NCBI GenBank assembly: GCA_045545475.1
Contig: JAZQAZ010000041.1
Location: forward strand, 1 to 64,000
Direction: 5' to 3'
DNA: 64,000 bases
Source of the DNA: Clostridia bacterium
Lineage (GTDB): Bacteria; Bacillota; Clostridia; CAKSNL01; HGM11501
A program made the position numbers and the translations under genes. The notes under the pieces are model-generated. The model was not told the origin of the DNA. It saw only the letters and a program-made list of their open reading frames with translations, and searched no databases. Positions within the stretch are counted from its first letter, which is position 1. Each line of letters begins with the position of its first letter. Of the stretch, positions 8,672 to 20,378 are shown piece by piece.

Positions 8672-10348
8672 TTAAAACAGTCCTGTTATTTTACCCTGTT
8701 CGTCCACATCGATTTTTTCAGCGGCAGGAACCTTGGGAAGTCCGGGCATAGTTAATATGTCGCCTGTCAACACAACGATAAATCCTGCACCTGCAGATAC
8801 CTTTACATTCTTAACCGTAACGGTAAAGTTTTCGGGTGCACCGAGCTTTGTAGGATCATCAGAGAAGCTGTACTGCGTCTTTGCAATACAAACGGGAAGA
8901 TTTGCAAAACCAAGCTCCGTAAGCTCTGCAATCTGCTTTTTAGCAGCAGGAAGCACGCTGATACCGTCGCCCCCGTAAACCTTTTTAACGATTGCTTCGA
9001 TTTTATCTTCGATGGAGCCGGAAAGTTCATAAGAGAATGTAAAATCACCCTTTTCTTCTTCGCAGAGACGAACGACTTCCTTAGCAAGCTCTTCTCCACC
9101 CTTTCCGCCTTCTGCCCATACTGTTGAAAGCACGGTATTAACAGAAAGCTCGCGGCACTTCTTAATTACGAAATCAATTTCCGCATCTGTATCTGTGGGG
9201 AAACGGTTAACAGCAACCACGCAGGGAAGCTTGTATACGTTTTTGATGTTAGATACGTGACGGAGAAGATTGGGTATACCCTTTTCAAGTGCTTCGATGT
9301 TTTCTGTTGCAAGCTCTGTCTTTAAAAGACCGCCGTGCATCTTAAGTGCACGTACTGTTGCAACGATAACAACCGCATCGGGTGTCAAACCTGCCATACG
9401 GCACTTTATATCGAGGAACTTTTCTGCACCGAGGTCAGCACCGAAGCCTGCCTCTGTTACTGTGTAGTCACCCATTTTAAGTGCAAGCTTTGTAGCCATA
9501 ACGCTGTTACAGCCGTGTGCGATGTTTGCAAAGGGTCCGCCGTGTACAAATGCAGGAGTTCCCTCAAGTGTCTGAACAAGGTTGGGCTTTATAGCATCCT
9601 TTAAAAGAGCTGTCATAGCACCTGCAGCCTTTAAGTCCCCTGCTGTTACAGGCTTATTGTCATAGGTGTAGCCTACGATAATTCTCGAAAGTCTTTCCTT
9701 AAGGTCTTTAATTGAAGAAGATAAGCAAAGCACAGCCATAATTTCGCTGGCAACGGTAATGTCAAAGCCGTCTTCCCTGGGTGTTCCGTTTGCCTTACCG
9801 CCCATACCGTCAACGATGAAACGAAGCTGACGGTCGTTCATGTCAACACAACGTTTCCAGGTGATTCTTCTGGGGTCGATTCCGAGAACATTGCCCTGCT
9901 GAATATGGTTATCAAGCATTGCGGCAAGGAGATTGTTTGCCGCACCGATTGCGTGGAAGTCACCCGTAAAGTGAAGATTTATATCTTCCATGGGTACAAC
10001 CTGGGCGTAGCCGCCGCCTGCCGCACCGCCCTTAACGCCGAATACGGGGCCTAAGGAAGGTTCACGAAGAGCAACGGTTACGTCCTTGCCGATTCTTGAA
10101 AGTCCGTCAGCAAGGCCGATTGTTGTGGTGGTTTTACCCTCTCCCGCAGGTGTGGGTGTTATTGCAGTAACCAAAATAAGCTTACCGTTTTTCTTATCGG
10201 TCTCGTTTATTAAAGCGGGATCGATTTTTGCCTTATAACGGCCATAAGTTTCAAGGTATTTCTCATCAACATGAGCTTTTTCTGCGATTTTTGTAATATG
10301 CTGCATTTGGCAGCTCTGAGCTATTTCTATATCGGATTTATATTCCAC
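8672..10348 (-). CDS. fhs: Formate--tetrahydrofolate ligase
   Basis: [35 protein letters not shown] and TMPGLPK. Confidence 0.98.
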   Translation of the reverse strand: MEYKSDIEIAQSCQMQHITKIAEKAHVDEKYLETYGRYKAKIDPALINETDKKNGKLILVTAITPTPAGEGKTTTTIGLADGLSRIGKDVTVALREPSLGPVFGVKGGAAGGGYAQVVPMEDINLHFTGDFHAIGAANNLLAAMLDNHIQQGNVLGIDPRRITWKRCVDMNDRQLRFIVDGMGGKANGTPREDGFDITVASEIMAVLCLSSSIKDLKERLSRIIVGYTYDNKPVTAGDLKAAGAMTALLKDAIKPNLVQTLEGTPAFVHGGPFANIAHGCNSVMATKLALKMGDYTVTEAGFGADLGAEKFLDIKCRMAGLTPDAVVIVATVRALKMHGGLLKTELATENIEALEKGIPNLLRHVSNIKNVYKLPCVVAVNRFPTDTDAEIDFVIKKCRELSVNTVLSTVWAEGGKGGEELAKEVVRLCEEEKGDFTFSYELSGSIEDKIEAIVKKVYGGDGISVLPAAKKQIAELTELGFANLPVCIAKTQYSFSDDPTKLGAPENFTVTVKNVKVSAGAGFIVVLTGDILTMPGLPKVPAAEKIDVDEQGKITGLF

Positions 10349-10360
10349 GAAAATGCCTCC

Positions 10361-13300
10361 TTACTTGAAGTAGCGTACAGCCGCTTCAAACATCTTAATA
10401 TCATAATTGCCGGGAACGTTTTTATAAAGTCCGTTTCCGATTCTTTCGCTGTGTCCCATTTTACCTATTACTCGTCCGTCGGGTGATGTGATACCCTCGA
10501 TAGCACATACGGAGTTATTGGGATTGAAGTGGATATCGTCTGTAGCACAGCCTTCAAGGTCAACATACTGTGTTGCAATCTGTCCGTTTTTCGCAAGCTC
10601 TGAAACAAGCTCTTCACTTGCAAGGAATCTTCCTTCGCCGTGGGAAATCGGAACATTATATACCTCACCCACATTTGTAAATGCAAGCCAGGGAGATTTA
10701 TTTGATGCAATTTTAGTTCTCACAATTCTTGACTGGTGGCGTGCAATTGTGTTGAATGTAAGTGTGGGGCAGTTTTCATCGGTATCAATAATCTTACCAT
10801 ATGGCACCAAACCAAGCTTTATGAGTGCCTGGAAGCCGTTACAGATACCTGCCATAAGACCGTCACGTTTTTCAAGAAGGTTTGTCACTTCTTCTTTTAC
10901 GATTGCATTTCTGAAGAATGCAGTGATGAACTTACCGCTTCCGTCAGGCTCGTCACCACCGGAGAAACCGCCGGGAATGAAGATGATCTGTGCTTCCTTT
11001 GTCTTTTCGGCAAAGTATTCCGTACTTCTCTTTATTCCGTCCGCTGTAAGGTTATTGATTACGATAATTTCAGGTTCTGCCCCTGCATCTCTGAGTGCCT
11101 TTGCGGTATCAAATTCGCAGTTTGTTCCGGGGAACGCAGGAATTAATACCTTTGGCTTTGCACACTTAAATGCAGTAGTATATCTCTCTGTGGCAGAAAA
11201 TTCATAATTTTCGTATTTCTTACCCTCTGTAGGAATGTTGCAGCTGAATACAGGCTCAAGCTTTTCTTCGTAAAGCTTTAAGATTTCGCTTGTCTTAACA
11301 GCTTCACCTCCGAAAGTAATAGCACCGTCGCAGGTTACGAAACCAATGGTATTATCCATATAGGAATCGTCATTTACTTCGACAACGAAGGATCCGTAGG
11401 AATATCCGAAAATATCGGAAAGTGAAATTCCGTCTTCAAACTTAAAGCCAAAGCCGTTACCAAAGCCCATTTTCATTATGGCTTCTGCAACGCCGCCGAA
11501 GCAAGGAGTATAAACTGCTACGGCCTTGCCGGTTCTTACAAGCTCTGTAACCTTATTAAAGGTAGAAATGAGAGATTCGGTCTTAGGAAGATTATTCTCA
11601 TCAAGTTCCGCCTTTAAGTGAATAACTCTGTTACCCGATGCCTTGAATTCTGGAGAAACTATGTCCCCTACCTTTGCGGTTGTAACTGCAAAGGAAACAA
11701 GTGTGGGAGGAACATCTAAGTTTTCAAAGCTTCCGCTCATGGAGTCCTTACCGCCAATTGCACCAATTTTTAATTCCTTCTGTGCCTTAAATGCACCAAG
11801 AAGTGCGGATAAAGGCTGACCCCAGCGCTTAACGTCCTTACCGAGTCTCGGGAAGTATTCCTGGAAAGTAAGATATACATCATCGAAAGACGCACCTGAT
11901 GCAATTAACTTACACACAGATTCGATAACTGCAAGATAAGCACCGTGATAGGGACTCTTTTCGGTTATGAAGGGGTTATATCCCCAGGCCATAAGAGAGC
12001 AGTCATCGGTGTGCTTTTTCTCAACAGAAATTTTCTGCACCATTGCCTGAGCAGGTGTAAGCTGGTTTTTACCGCCGAAGGGCATAAGAACAGTTCCTGC
12101 TCCGATTGTGGAGTCAAAACGCTCGGAAAGACCACGCTTTGAGCATACATTAAGGTCAGATGCAAGGGCTTTCATATTTTCGGTAAAATTGCCCTTAACT
12201 TCTTTGTCCTCGTAAACTCCCTTTACGCAGAGTGCATCAATGTGCTTTTCGGCACCGTTGGAGTTTAAGAATTCTCTCTTTATATCGCATATCTTCTTGC
12301 CGTTCCATACCATTGTAAGACGCATATCATCTGTTACGGTTGCAACGGGGCAAGCCTGAAGGTTTTCCTTTTCGGCCAGAGCAAGGAATGCATCAACATT
12401 TTCCTTTTCAACAACAACAGCCATTCTTTCCTGAGATTCGCTTATTGCAAGCTCTGTTCCGTCAAGTCCTTCATACTTTTTCGGAACCTTGTTAAGGTCG
12501 ATATAAAGACCGTCTGCAAGCTCACCTATTGCAACGGAAACACCGCCTGCACCAAAGTCGTTGCAGCGCTTGATCATACGGCTTGCTTCTTTGTTTCTGA
12601 AAAGTCTCTGAAGCTTTCTCTCTTCGGGAGCATTACCCTTCTGAACCTCTGCACCGCAGGATTCAAGTGATTCTACAGTATGTGACTTGGAAGAGCCTGT
12701 TGCACCGCCGCATCCATCACGGCCGGTGGAGCCGCCAAGCAAGATTACAACATCCCCTGCATCAGGTCTTTCACGGCGTACATTTTCTTCGGGGGCCGCT
12801 GCAATAACCGCACCGATTTCCATTCTCTTTGCCGCATAACCGTCATGATAAAGCTCATCAACAATACCTGTTGCAAGACCAATCTGGTTACCGTATGAGG
12901 AATAGCCTGCTGCCGCAGTTGTAACAATCTTTCTCTGGGGAAGCTTACCTTTAAGAGTCTCCGACAAGGGCTTTAAGGGGTCTGCCGCACCTGTTACACG
13001 CATAGCTCCGTAAACGTAGCTTCTGCCGGATAACGGGTCTCTTATAGCACCGCCTATGCAGGTTGCCGCACCACCGAAGGGTTCAATTTCCGTAGGATGG
13101 TTATGTGTTTCGTTTTTGAAGAGCAATAACCAGGGCTCTTTTTCGCCGTCAACAGTAACGTCGATTTTTACTGTGCAGGCATTGATTTCTTCGGATTCAT
13201 CCAACTTTTCAAGCATTCCGTTTTTGCGGAGATACTTAACAGCAAGTGTTGCAATATCCATAAGGCAAACGGGCTTTGTTCTGCCAAGGGCCGCCCTTGT

Positions 13301-14050
13301 TGCAACATATTCGTCGTAAGCTTTTTTTAGAAGTTCATCTTCAAACTCGACCTTATCAATGATTGTACCGAAGGTAGTGTGACGTCAATGGTCAGACCAG
13401 TACGTATCAATCATTCTGATTTCTGTGATGGTGGGGTTTCTCTTTTCGGAAACGAAATAATCACGGCAGAATCTGATATCGTCAATGTCCATGGCAAGTC
13501 CGTATTCAGCGATAAATGCCTTTAAACCTTCCTCGTCAAGGTCTATAAAACCGTCAAGTGTCTTAACTTCTGTGGGGATTTCAAAGTCAGTTTTTAAGGT
13601 TTCCGCCTTGTCAAGCGATGCCTCTCTTGACTCAACGGGGTTTATAACATACTTTTTGATTTCCGCAACTTCATCCTCTGTAAGCTTTCCCGAAAGAGCA
13701 TAAACCTTTGCTGTTTTTACCACTGGTCTTTCTCCGCAGGAAATAATCTGAATACACTGGGAAGCAGAATCTGCTCTCTGGTCAAACTGACCGGGAAGCG
13801 GTTCAACCGCAAAAACCGTGTATCCTGTAAAATCCATTTCTTCTGCCACATCATCAAGCTGTGGCTCGGAAAATACGGTTTTCTTAGCATATTCAAAAAG
13901 TTCCTTATCTATATTTTCCGCATCATAGCGGTTTATAATGCGGACATCGGTAAGATTTTTTATTCCGAGAAAAGTTACAACATCGGAAAGAAGGGCTTTA
14001 GCTTCATTCGCAAGATGCTTTTTCTTTTCAACATATACTCTGTATACCAT
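10361..14050 (-). CDS. purL: Large-form phosphoribosylformylglycinamidine synthase (1229 codons) interrupted by one in-frame TGA at 13385-13387; recoded gene, pseudogene or sequence error
   Basis: ORFs 13385-14050 and 10361-13261 share a frame and are joined by 41 open codons: DTYWSDH*RHTTFGTIID...KPVCL-MDIATL. Motifs KNETHNHPTEIEPFGGAATC, CNDFGAGG, SESQERMA, FPGTNCE, GICNGFQ and MGHSER are present. Confidence 0.93.
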
Positions 14051-14063
14051 TTTCTTCCTCCGT

Positions 14064-15329
14064 TTATTTTATTGCTTTAAGCGCTCTCTGTCCTATATCA
14101 TTTCTGTAATAAGCATTGTCGAAGCTGATTTTCTTAACAAGGGCGTATGCTTTTTCTATTGCACCTGCCAAATTTTCATCTGTTGCGGTTGCACCAAGCA
14201 CTCTTCCGCCGTTTGTTAAAAGCTTTCCGTCTTCCATTTTCGCTCCGGCAACGTATACGTTGTCTGAAATTTCGGAAGGAATTGTCATAACAAAGCCTTT
14301 TTCATAGCTTTCGGGGTAGCCCTTCGACGCCATAATTACACAGCATGCACTGCCAAAACCGAACTTTACTTCGGTTTCTGAAAGCTTTTCCTCTGTTACC
14401 GCCTTCATTACGGTAAGAAGGTCAGACTCCATCAAAGGAAGCACAACCTGTGTTTCGGGATCGCCGAAACGGCAGTTATATTCGATAACCTTGGGGCCTT
14501 TTTCGGTGAGCATAAGTCCGAAATAGAGACAGCCCTTAAAGGTTCTTCCTTCGCTTTTCATTGCCTCGATTGTGGGAAGGAAAATTTTTTCCATACACTC
14601 ATCGGCAATATCCTTTGTATAATAGGGATTGGGGACAACTGTCCCCATACCGCCGGTGGTAAGACCAGTGTCGTTATTCCCTGCCCTCTTATGGTCCATT
14701 GATGATACCATGGGCTTTACAACGTGTCCGTCGGTAAATGCCAAAACAGAAACCTCTGGACCTGTCAGGAATTCTTCGATAACTATGTTATCTCCGCTCT
14801 TTCCGAAAACCTTATCCTCCATCATGGACTTAACGGCAGCTTTTGCTTCCTCTCGTGTCATTGCAATAATAACACCTTTACCGAGAGCAAGACCGTCAGC
14901 CTTTATAACTGTGGGGATGGGTGCTGTGTCCAAATATTTAAGTGCCGCATCCATATCAGAAAATACTTCATATTCCGCTGTAGGAATGTGATATTTTTTC
15001 ATTAAATTCTTTGAAAAAACCTTGCTTCCTTCAATTATAGCAGCCTTTTTATCTGGACCGAAACAAGGAATTCCCGCTTCCGTAAGAGCGTCAACCGCAC
15101 CTAATACCAAAGGATCATCGGGAGCAACAACCGCATAGTCGATTTTCTCGGAAACTGCAAATTCAACGATTTTTTCTATTTCCTTTGCACCGATATCAAC
15201 GCAGGTTGCATCCATTGCAATTCCGCCGTTTCCGGGAAGTGCATAGATTTTTTCAACGTCTTTGTTTTCTTTCAACTTTTTAATTATGGCGTGTTCTCTT
15301 CCGCCACCGCCAACAACCATTAATTTCAT
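14064..15329 (-). CDS. purD: Phosphoribosylamine--glycine ligase
   Basis: GGGGREHA, KADGLALGKGV, EYNCRFGDPETQ and TNGGRVL. Confidence 0.96.
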   Translation of the reverse strand: MKLMVVGGGGREHAIIKKLKENKDVEKIYALPGNGGIAMDATCVDIGAKEIEKIVEFAVSEKIDYAVVAPDDPLVLGAVDALTEAGIPCFGPDKKAAIIEGSKVFSKNLMKKYHIPTAEYEVFSDMDAALKYLDTAPIPTVIKADGLALGKGVIIAMTREEAKAAVKSMMEDKVFGKSGDNIVIEEFLTGPEVSVLAFTDGHVVKPMVSSMDHKRAGNNDTGLTTGGMGTVVPNPYYTKDIADECMEKIFLPTIEAMKSEGRTFKGCLYFGLMLTEKGPKVIEYNCRFGDPETQVVLPLMESDLLTVMKAVTEEKLSETEVKFGFGSACCVIMASKGYPESYEKGFVMTIPSEISDNVYVAGAKMEDGKLLTNGGRVLGATATDENLAGAIEKAYALVKKISFDNAYYRNDIGQRALKAIK

Positions 15330-15346
15330 TTAAGAATCCTCCCTTA

Positions 15347-16531
15347 TCAGTGGTGGAAAAGTCTCATTCCGGTAAATGCCATAACCATGTTGTACTTGTC
15401 GCAGGTGGAAATCACAACATCGTCACGGATGGATCCGCCTGGCTCTGCAATGTAGGAAACACCGCTTCTCTTTGCTCTTTCGATGTTGTCATCAAAGGGG
15501 AAAAATGCATCGGAGCCAAGTGCAACGCCTGTAATTGTGTCAAGATATGCTCTGATTTCATCGTCTGTCAGAGGCTCGGGACGCTGTGTGAAATACTTCT
15601 GCCAGTTACCTTCAGCACAAACATCTTCTTCATTTCTGTTGATATATCCGTCAATTACGTTATCTCTGTCAGCTCTTCCGAGGTCATCTCTGAAGGGAAG
15701 GTTCAATACCTTATCATACTGACGCATATGCCAGGTGTCAGCCTTTGTACCCGCCAAACGTGTGCAGTGGATTCTTGACTGCTGACCTGCACCAACGCCG
15801 ATTGCCTGGCCCTGATATGCATAGCAAACAGAGTTTGACTGAGTGTATTTCAATGTAATCAATGCAATTATAAGGTCGCGCTTAGCACCGTCGGGCATTT
15901 CCTTATTTGCTGTTACGATATTTGAAAGAAGCTCTTCGTCAATTTTGAAGTTGTTTCTTCCCTGCTGGAAGGTAATACCGTAAACTTCCTTTGTCTCAAC
16001 TTCAGCCGGAACGTAAGAAGGGTCAATCTTTACGATGTTGTAGCCGCCCTTTCTCTTGGTCTTTAAGATTTCAAGAGCTTCGTCTGTATAGCCGGGAGCG
16101 ATAACACCGTCGGAAATCTCTCTCTGAATAAGCTTTGCTGTTGTAACGTCGCAAACGTCGGAAAGTGCAACCCAGTCACCGAAGGAGCACATTCTGTCGG
16201 TTCCTCTTGCTCTTGCATATGCACATGCAAGGGGGGATTCGTCAAGACCTTCGATATCGTCAACGAAGCAGGCTTTCTTAAGCTTATCGGATAAAACCTC
16301 GCCTACTGCCGCACTTGTGGGGCTTACGTGCTTGAAGCTTGTAGCAGCAGGAAGGCCAAGTGCTTCCTTTAATTCCTTAACGAGCTGATAGCTGTTAAAA
16401 GCATCAAGGAAGTTGATGTAGCCTGGCTTACCGTTTAATATTTCAATGGGAAGCTCTGATCCGTCTTTCATATATATTTTAGAAGGCTTCTGATTTGGAT
16501 TACAACCGTATTTAAGTTCAAATTCTTTCAT
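15347..16531 (-). CDS. purH: Stand-alone AICAR transformylase (PurH C-terminal-domain type)
   Basis: LKYGCNPNQ, SFKHVSP, KYTQSNSV, GAGQQSRIHC, SDAFFPF and PGGSIRD; 394 aa, with no N-terminal cyclohydrolase domain. Confidence 0.9.
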   Translation of the reverse strand: MKEFELKYGCNPNQKPSKIYMKDGSELPIEILNGKPGYINFLDAFNSYQLVKELKEALGLPAATSFKHVSPTSAAVGEVLSDKLKKACFVDDIEGLDESPLACAYARARGTDRMCSFGDWVALSDVCDVTTAKLIQREISDGVIAPGYTDEALEILKTKRKGGYNIVKIDPSYVPAEVETKEVYGITFQQGRNNFKIDEELLSNIVTANKEMPDGAKRDLIIALITLKYTQSNSVCYAYQGQAIGVGAGQQSRIHCTRLAGTKADTWHMRQYDKVLNLPFRDDLGRADRDNVIDGYINRNEEDVCAEGNWQKYFTQRPEPLTDDEIRAYLDTITGVALGSDAFFPFDDNIERAKRSGVSYIAEPGGSIRDDVVISTCDKYNMVMAFTGMRLFHH

Positions 16532-16541
16532 TTTAATACCC

Positions 16542-17252
16542 TCACTTATTCTTATTAATTATAATATCTTCTGTTTTTCCGCATTCCAAGCAAACTGTTC
16601 TTACGAAAAGAGAAACCTTGTTATCCTCGTTTAAGTTTTCCCATACCAAATCAGCAAGCTCCTTTGCGGTATTGGGAAGCTCGACTTCTTCGGGCTCTCC
16701 GTAGAAGGAAGGAATGGGATTTCCGTCGCACTTATAGGTGTGAATGAAGTGGCCTATTCCCCTGCGCATTTCATAGTTATAGAAAAATCTGTTACAAACA
16801 TCAGGATTTCCGTTTGCACTCTTAAGTATGGACATTTTATAGGTAAATGCCTTGTCATTATAGTAAAGTGCACCTGAAATACGGGGTGTGAAGTTGGGAG
16901 CATCCGGCTCAAACTCTCTTGTCATCAAGGCTTCTTCAAAGGTTTTTCCGTCCTTCATAAAGTCATAGATTGTGTTTGTCTGATCGCCGTTTGTTATTAT
17001 ATCGCAACCGGAAAGTGCAAGATAAGGATTGTAGATAATTAAACTGGGATCTTGTAGCTTTGATTCATCAAAAGCCTTTGTTCTCATTCCGCCTTCAAAG
17101 CTTTCAAAAACTCTGTTTCTGGAGTTTTCGCTTCGTCCCATTATAAAATATGCAATCATCGCATTTTTTCCGTCAGCGGATGTACCGATTACGATACCGC
17201 GTCCGGGATATGTATTTTCAGATAAAAGTTTTGATAAATCAAATAAAGCCAT
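16542..17252 (-). CDS. Stand-alone IMP cyclohydrolase (PurO-like family)
   Basis: YPGRG, YFIMGRSENSRNR, TNGDQT and EPDAPNFTPRISG; adjacent to the short AICAR transformylase. Confidence 0.85.
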   Translation of the reverse strand: MALFDLSKLLSENTYPGRGIVIGTSADGKNAMIAYFIMGRSENSRNRVFESFEGGMRTKAFDESKLQDPSLIIYNPYLALSGCDIITNGDQTNTIYDFMKDGKTFEEALMTREFEPDAPNFTPRISGALYYNDKAFTYKMSILKSANGNPDVCNRFFYNYEMRRGIGHFIHTYKCDGNPIPSFYGEPEEVELPNTAKELADLVWENLNEDNKVSLFVRTVCLECGKTEDIIINKNK

Positions 17253-17269
17253 TTTAATACCTCCGATTC

Positions 17270-17869
17270 TTATAATTCGCTTGCCACTTTTTCAACTGCC
17301 ATGGGAAGGATTTTCCATTCAGCTTCCTCCATTACTCTCTTTTGGAGAATTTCGGGAGTGTCCCCTTCCTTTATTTCAACGGCCTTTTGCATAATAATTT
17401 TTCCGCCGTCGGGAATTTCGTTTACAAAATGAACTGTCGCCCCTGTCACCTTTACGCCGTAGGAAAGTGCCGCTTCGTGCACGTGCAATCCGTAAAAGCC
17501 TTCGCCGCAGAAGGAAGGAATGAGTGACGGGTGAACGTTTATGATACGCTCGGGATACTTTTTGGTGAAGTTTTCGCTTAAAATCACCATAAAGCCTGCA
17601 AGAACGATTATGTCAATCTTCTTTTTGGTTAAAAGGTCAATAATCGCACCTTCAAATTCCTCTCTGGTTTCATAATTCTTTTTAAGTACTACGGCTGTTT
17701 CAACCCCTGAATTTTTCGCACGCTCCAGTGCATAAGCATCAGCCTTGTTTGATATTACAAGGGAAATTTTGCCGCTTTTTATAATGCCGGATTTTTCCGC
17801 ATCAAGCAACGCCTGAAGATTTGTGCCGCCGCCCGATACCAAAACTGCAATATTTTTCATAATTTGCAC
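17270..17869 (-). CDS. purN: Phosphoribosylglycinamide formyltransferase
   Basis: VSGGGTNLQA, LAGFM, INVHPSLIP and GATVHFV. Confidence 0.96.
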   Translation of the reverse strand: MQIMKNIAVLVSGGGTNLQALLDAEKSGIIKSGKISLVISNKADAYALERAKNSGVETAVVLKKNYETREEFEGAIIDLLTKKKIDIIVLAGFMVILSENFTKKYPERIINVHPSLIPSFCGEGFYGLHVHEAALSYGVKVTGATVHFVNEIPDGGKIIMQKAVEIKEGDTPEILQKRVMEEAEWKILPMAVEKVASEL

Positions 17870-17870
17870 C

Positions 17871-18911
17871 TTACATTATTATTTTTTCTTCGGATTTTAC
17901 GATTTCGCCGATTATGTAAGCATCCTCTCCGTTTGCCTTAAGAGTTTCGATGGCAACATCAGCATCTTCTTTTGCAACAACGATGCTCATACCAACACCC
18001 ATATTGAAGGTGTTAAACATATCGTGCTCAGAAATGCCTCCCTTTTCCTGTAAGAGCTTGAAGATAGGAAGCACCTTTACGGCATTCTTATCTATCTTTG
18101 CACCGAAACCATCGGGAATGCTTCTCGGAATGTTTTCATAGAAGCCACCGCCGGTGATGTGGGAAATCGCTCTTACCTTTGCCTTTTCAAGAAGGGCAAG
18201 AACAGGCTTAACATAAATTTTTGTGGGTGTCAAAAGAGTTTCGCCGAGGCTCTTTCCGCCAAGAGCCTCAAGGGGAGTCTTAAGATCAGCGTTTTCAACA
18301 TCAAACACCTTTCTTACAAGGGAAAAGCCGTTTGAGTGAACACCGCTTGAAGGAAGGGCGATTACAACGTCTCCCTCTTCCATTTTCTTATTGTCTATAA
18401 TCTTTGTCTTGTCAACAACGCCTGTTGAGTAACCCGCAAGGTCGTATTCGTCAACAGGATAAAATCCCGGCATTTCCGCAGTTTCACCGCCGATTAATGC
18501 CGCACCTGCCTGAACACATCCCTCTGCAACACCTTTAACGATATCTGCGATTCTTTCGGGGATATTCTTGCCGCAGGCAATATAGTCAAGGAAGAATAAG
18601 GGCTTTGCGCCGCAGCAGATAATGTCGTTTACACACATTGCAACGCAGTCGATACCAACTGTGTCATGCTTGTCCATAAGGAAAGCAATTTTTAATTTTG
18701 TTCCGACACCGTCTGTTCCGCTGACTAAAACGGGCTTAGTTATGCCCTCAAGATCAAGCTCGAAAAGACCGCCGAAGCCGCCTACATCGGAGCATACACC
18801 CTTTGTCATTGTTTTTGCGATGTGGCTTTTCATAAGCTCAACCGCTTTGTAGCCTGCCGTAATATCAACACCTGCTGCTGCATAGCTGTCAGATTTAGAT
18901 TTCATATTCAT
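17871..18911 (-). CDS. purM: Phosphoribosylformylglycinamidine cyclo-ligase
   Basis: [38 protein letters not shown] and TFNMGVG; start moved to ATG 18911 on the basis of SD AAGGAG. Confidence 0.96.
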   Translation of the reverse strand: MNMKSKSDSYAAAGVDITAGYKAVELMKSHIAKTMTKGVCSDVGGFGGLFELDLEGITKPVLVSGTDGVGTKLKIAFLMDKHDTVGIDCVAMCVNDIICCGAKPLFFLDYIACGKNIPERIADIVKGVAEGCVQAGAALIGGETAEMPGFYPVDEYDLAGYSTGVVDKTKIIDNKKMEEGDVVIALPSSGVHSNGFSLVRKVFDVENADLKTPLEALGGKSLGETLLTPTKIYVKPVLALLEKAKVRAISHITGGGFYENIPRSIPDGFGAKIDKNAVKVLPIFKLLQEKGGISEHDMFNTFNMGVGMSIVVAKEDADVAIETLKANGEDAYIIGEIVKSEEKIIM

Positions 18912-18916
18912 ATTAA

Positions 18917-20341
18917 TTACTCCTTTCCGTTCCAACAATAAGTACATAATTTACAAGGCTCTAAGCCTATTGCTTTTATAAGTCCTTCCAGGGACTGGAA
19001 TTCAAGGGATGCAAAGTTGAACTTTTCGCATATTTTCTTACGAAGTGCCTTTCCTCTTTCTGTAGAAAAGTCGCTGTATTCCTCAATATACTTTTCTCCT
19101 TCTTCTCCCTCAAGCTCCAGAATAATATTTCGTGCAATCAGGTCATAATCTCCCGTACCTCTTGAGAAATTCAGGAATTTGCATCCGTACATAATGGGAG
19201 GACAGGCAGAACGCATATGAACTGCCTTTGCACCGTTTTCATAGAGAAATTCAACGGTTTCACGAAGCTGTGTGCCTCTTACAATTGAGTCATCCACAAA
19301 CATAAGGCTCTTATCCTTTATAAGTTCGTGTACAGGAATCTGCTTCATTTTCGCAATCCTGTCTCTCTCCTTCTGCTTTGCGGGAGTAAAGCTTCTCGCC
19401 CAGGTGGGTGTATATTTTATAAAAGGTCTTGCGAAGGGGATTCCGCTTTTATTTGCATAACCTATTGCATGGGGAGTTCCCGAATCGGGAATTCCGCAAA
19501 CAGAATCTATTCCTTCTGCATTACCCAGCATTTTATCGTTTTCAGCCATTATTTCGCCGTTTTTATAGCGCATTGCTTCAACGTTTATTCCTTCATAGCT
19601 TGTGGCGGGATATCCGTAATAACTCCAGAGGAAGGTACAGATTTTCATTTTCTCCCTTGCAGGAGACAATACCTTTATGCCATCGGGAGAAAGCTCCACA
19701 ATCTCTCCGGGGCCAAGCTCCCTCTCGTCCTCATAGCCCAGCTTTTTATAGGCGAATGACTCAAAGGATACACAGTATCCGTCCTCACACTTACCTATCT
19801 GAACAGGAAGCCTTCCGACTTTGTCACGGGCGGCAATAATATGTCCGTCATTTTTAAGTAAAAGAAGGGATGCCGTTCCGTCGATAACTTCCTGTGCATG
19901 CAGTATTCCCTCAACAATGTCCTTTTTTTGTCCAATCAAGGATGCCACAATTTCAATGGAGTTTACATTTCCGTTTGTCATTATGGCAAAATGACCGCCA
20001 CGCTCATTTAAATACTTCTCGATAATTTCCTCGGCATTGTTTATCCTTCCTATCATGGAAAGGGCGTAAACGCCTGCCTCGGAACGAATTAAAAGAGGCT
20101 GGGGATCGGTGTCGCTTATGCATCCGATTGCCGCATTTCCCTCCATCTCATCGAATATATCTTCAAACTTTGTTCTGAAAGGTGAATTTTCTATATTGTG
20201 TATGTCTCTCTGAAGACCTTTTTTTACATCATATGCCGCCATACCGCCACGCTTTACGCCAAGATGCGAATGGTAGTCTGTCCCGAAAAAAACGTCGCTT
20301 ATGGCGTCGCTTTTTTTGGTTGCTCCGAAAAATCCGCCCAT
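18917..20341 (-). CDS. purF: Amidophosphoribosyltransferase, variant starting MGG (no N-terminal Cys)
   Basis: PRPP-binding motif [16 protein letters not shown]-terminal CTYC; position in the pur operon. Confidence 0.9.
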   Translation of the reverse strand: MGGFFGATKKSDAISDVFFGTDYHSHLGVKRGGMAAYDVKKGLQRDIHNIENSPFRTKFEDIFDEMEGNAAIGCISDTDPQPLLIRSEAGVYALSMIGRINNAEEIIEKYLNERGGHFAIMTNGNVNSIEIVASLIGQKKDIVEGILHAQEVIDGTASLLLLKNDGHIIAARDKVGRLPVQIGKCEDGYCVSFESFAYKKLGYEDERELGPGEIVELSPDGIKVLSPAREKMKICTFLWSYYGYPATSYEGINVEAMRYKNGEIMAENDKMLGNAEGIDSVCGIPDSGTPHAIGYANKSGIPFARPFIKYTPTWARSFTPAKQKERDRIAKMKQIPVHELIKDKSLMFVDDSIVRGTQLRETVEFLYENGAKAVHMRSACPPIMYGCKFLNFSRGTGDYDLIARNIILELEGEEGEKYIEEYSDFSTERGKALRKKICEKFNFASLEFQSLEGLIKAIGLEPCKLCTYCWNGKE

Positions 20342-20378
20342 AATGTTCCTCCTTGCTGTAATTATGAATTTATGAGTT

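Noticed and set aside
10468-11207. Long antisense or alternative-frame ORFs over housekeeping genes (for example 10488-11207, 34659-35195, 41383-42006)
   Set aside because: No recognisable motifs; these are typical shadows of codon-biased genes on the opposite strand.
10361-14050. Two separate genes (PurS-like plus PurL), or a genome-wide UGA reassignment
   Set aside because: The break falls inside a conserved motif, the intervening 41 codons are in frame and PurL-like, the second ORF has no SD, and many other genes end properly at TGA.
15347-17252. Split PurH (separate transformylase and cyclohydrolase) as a novelty
   Set aside because: A known arrangement in many anaerobic Firmicutes.
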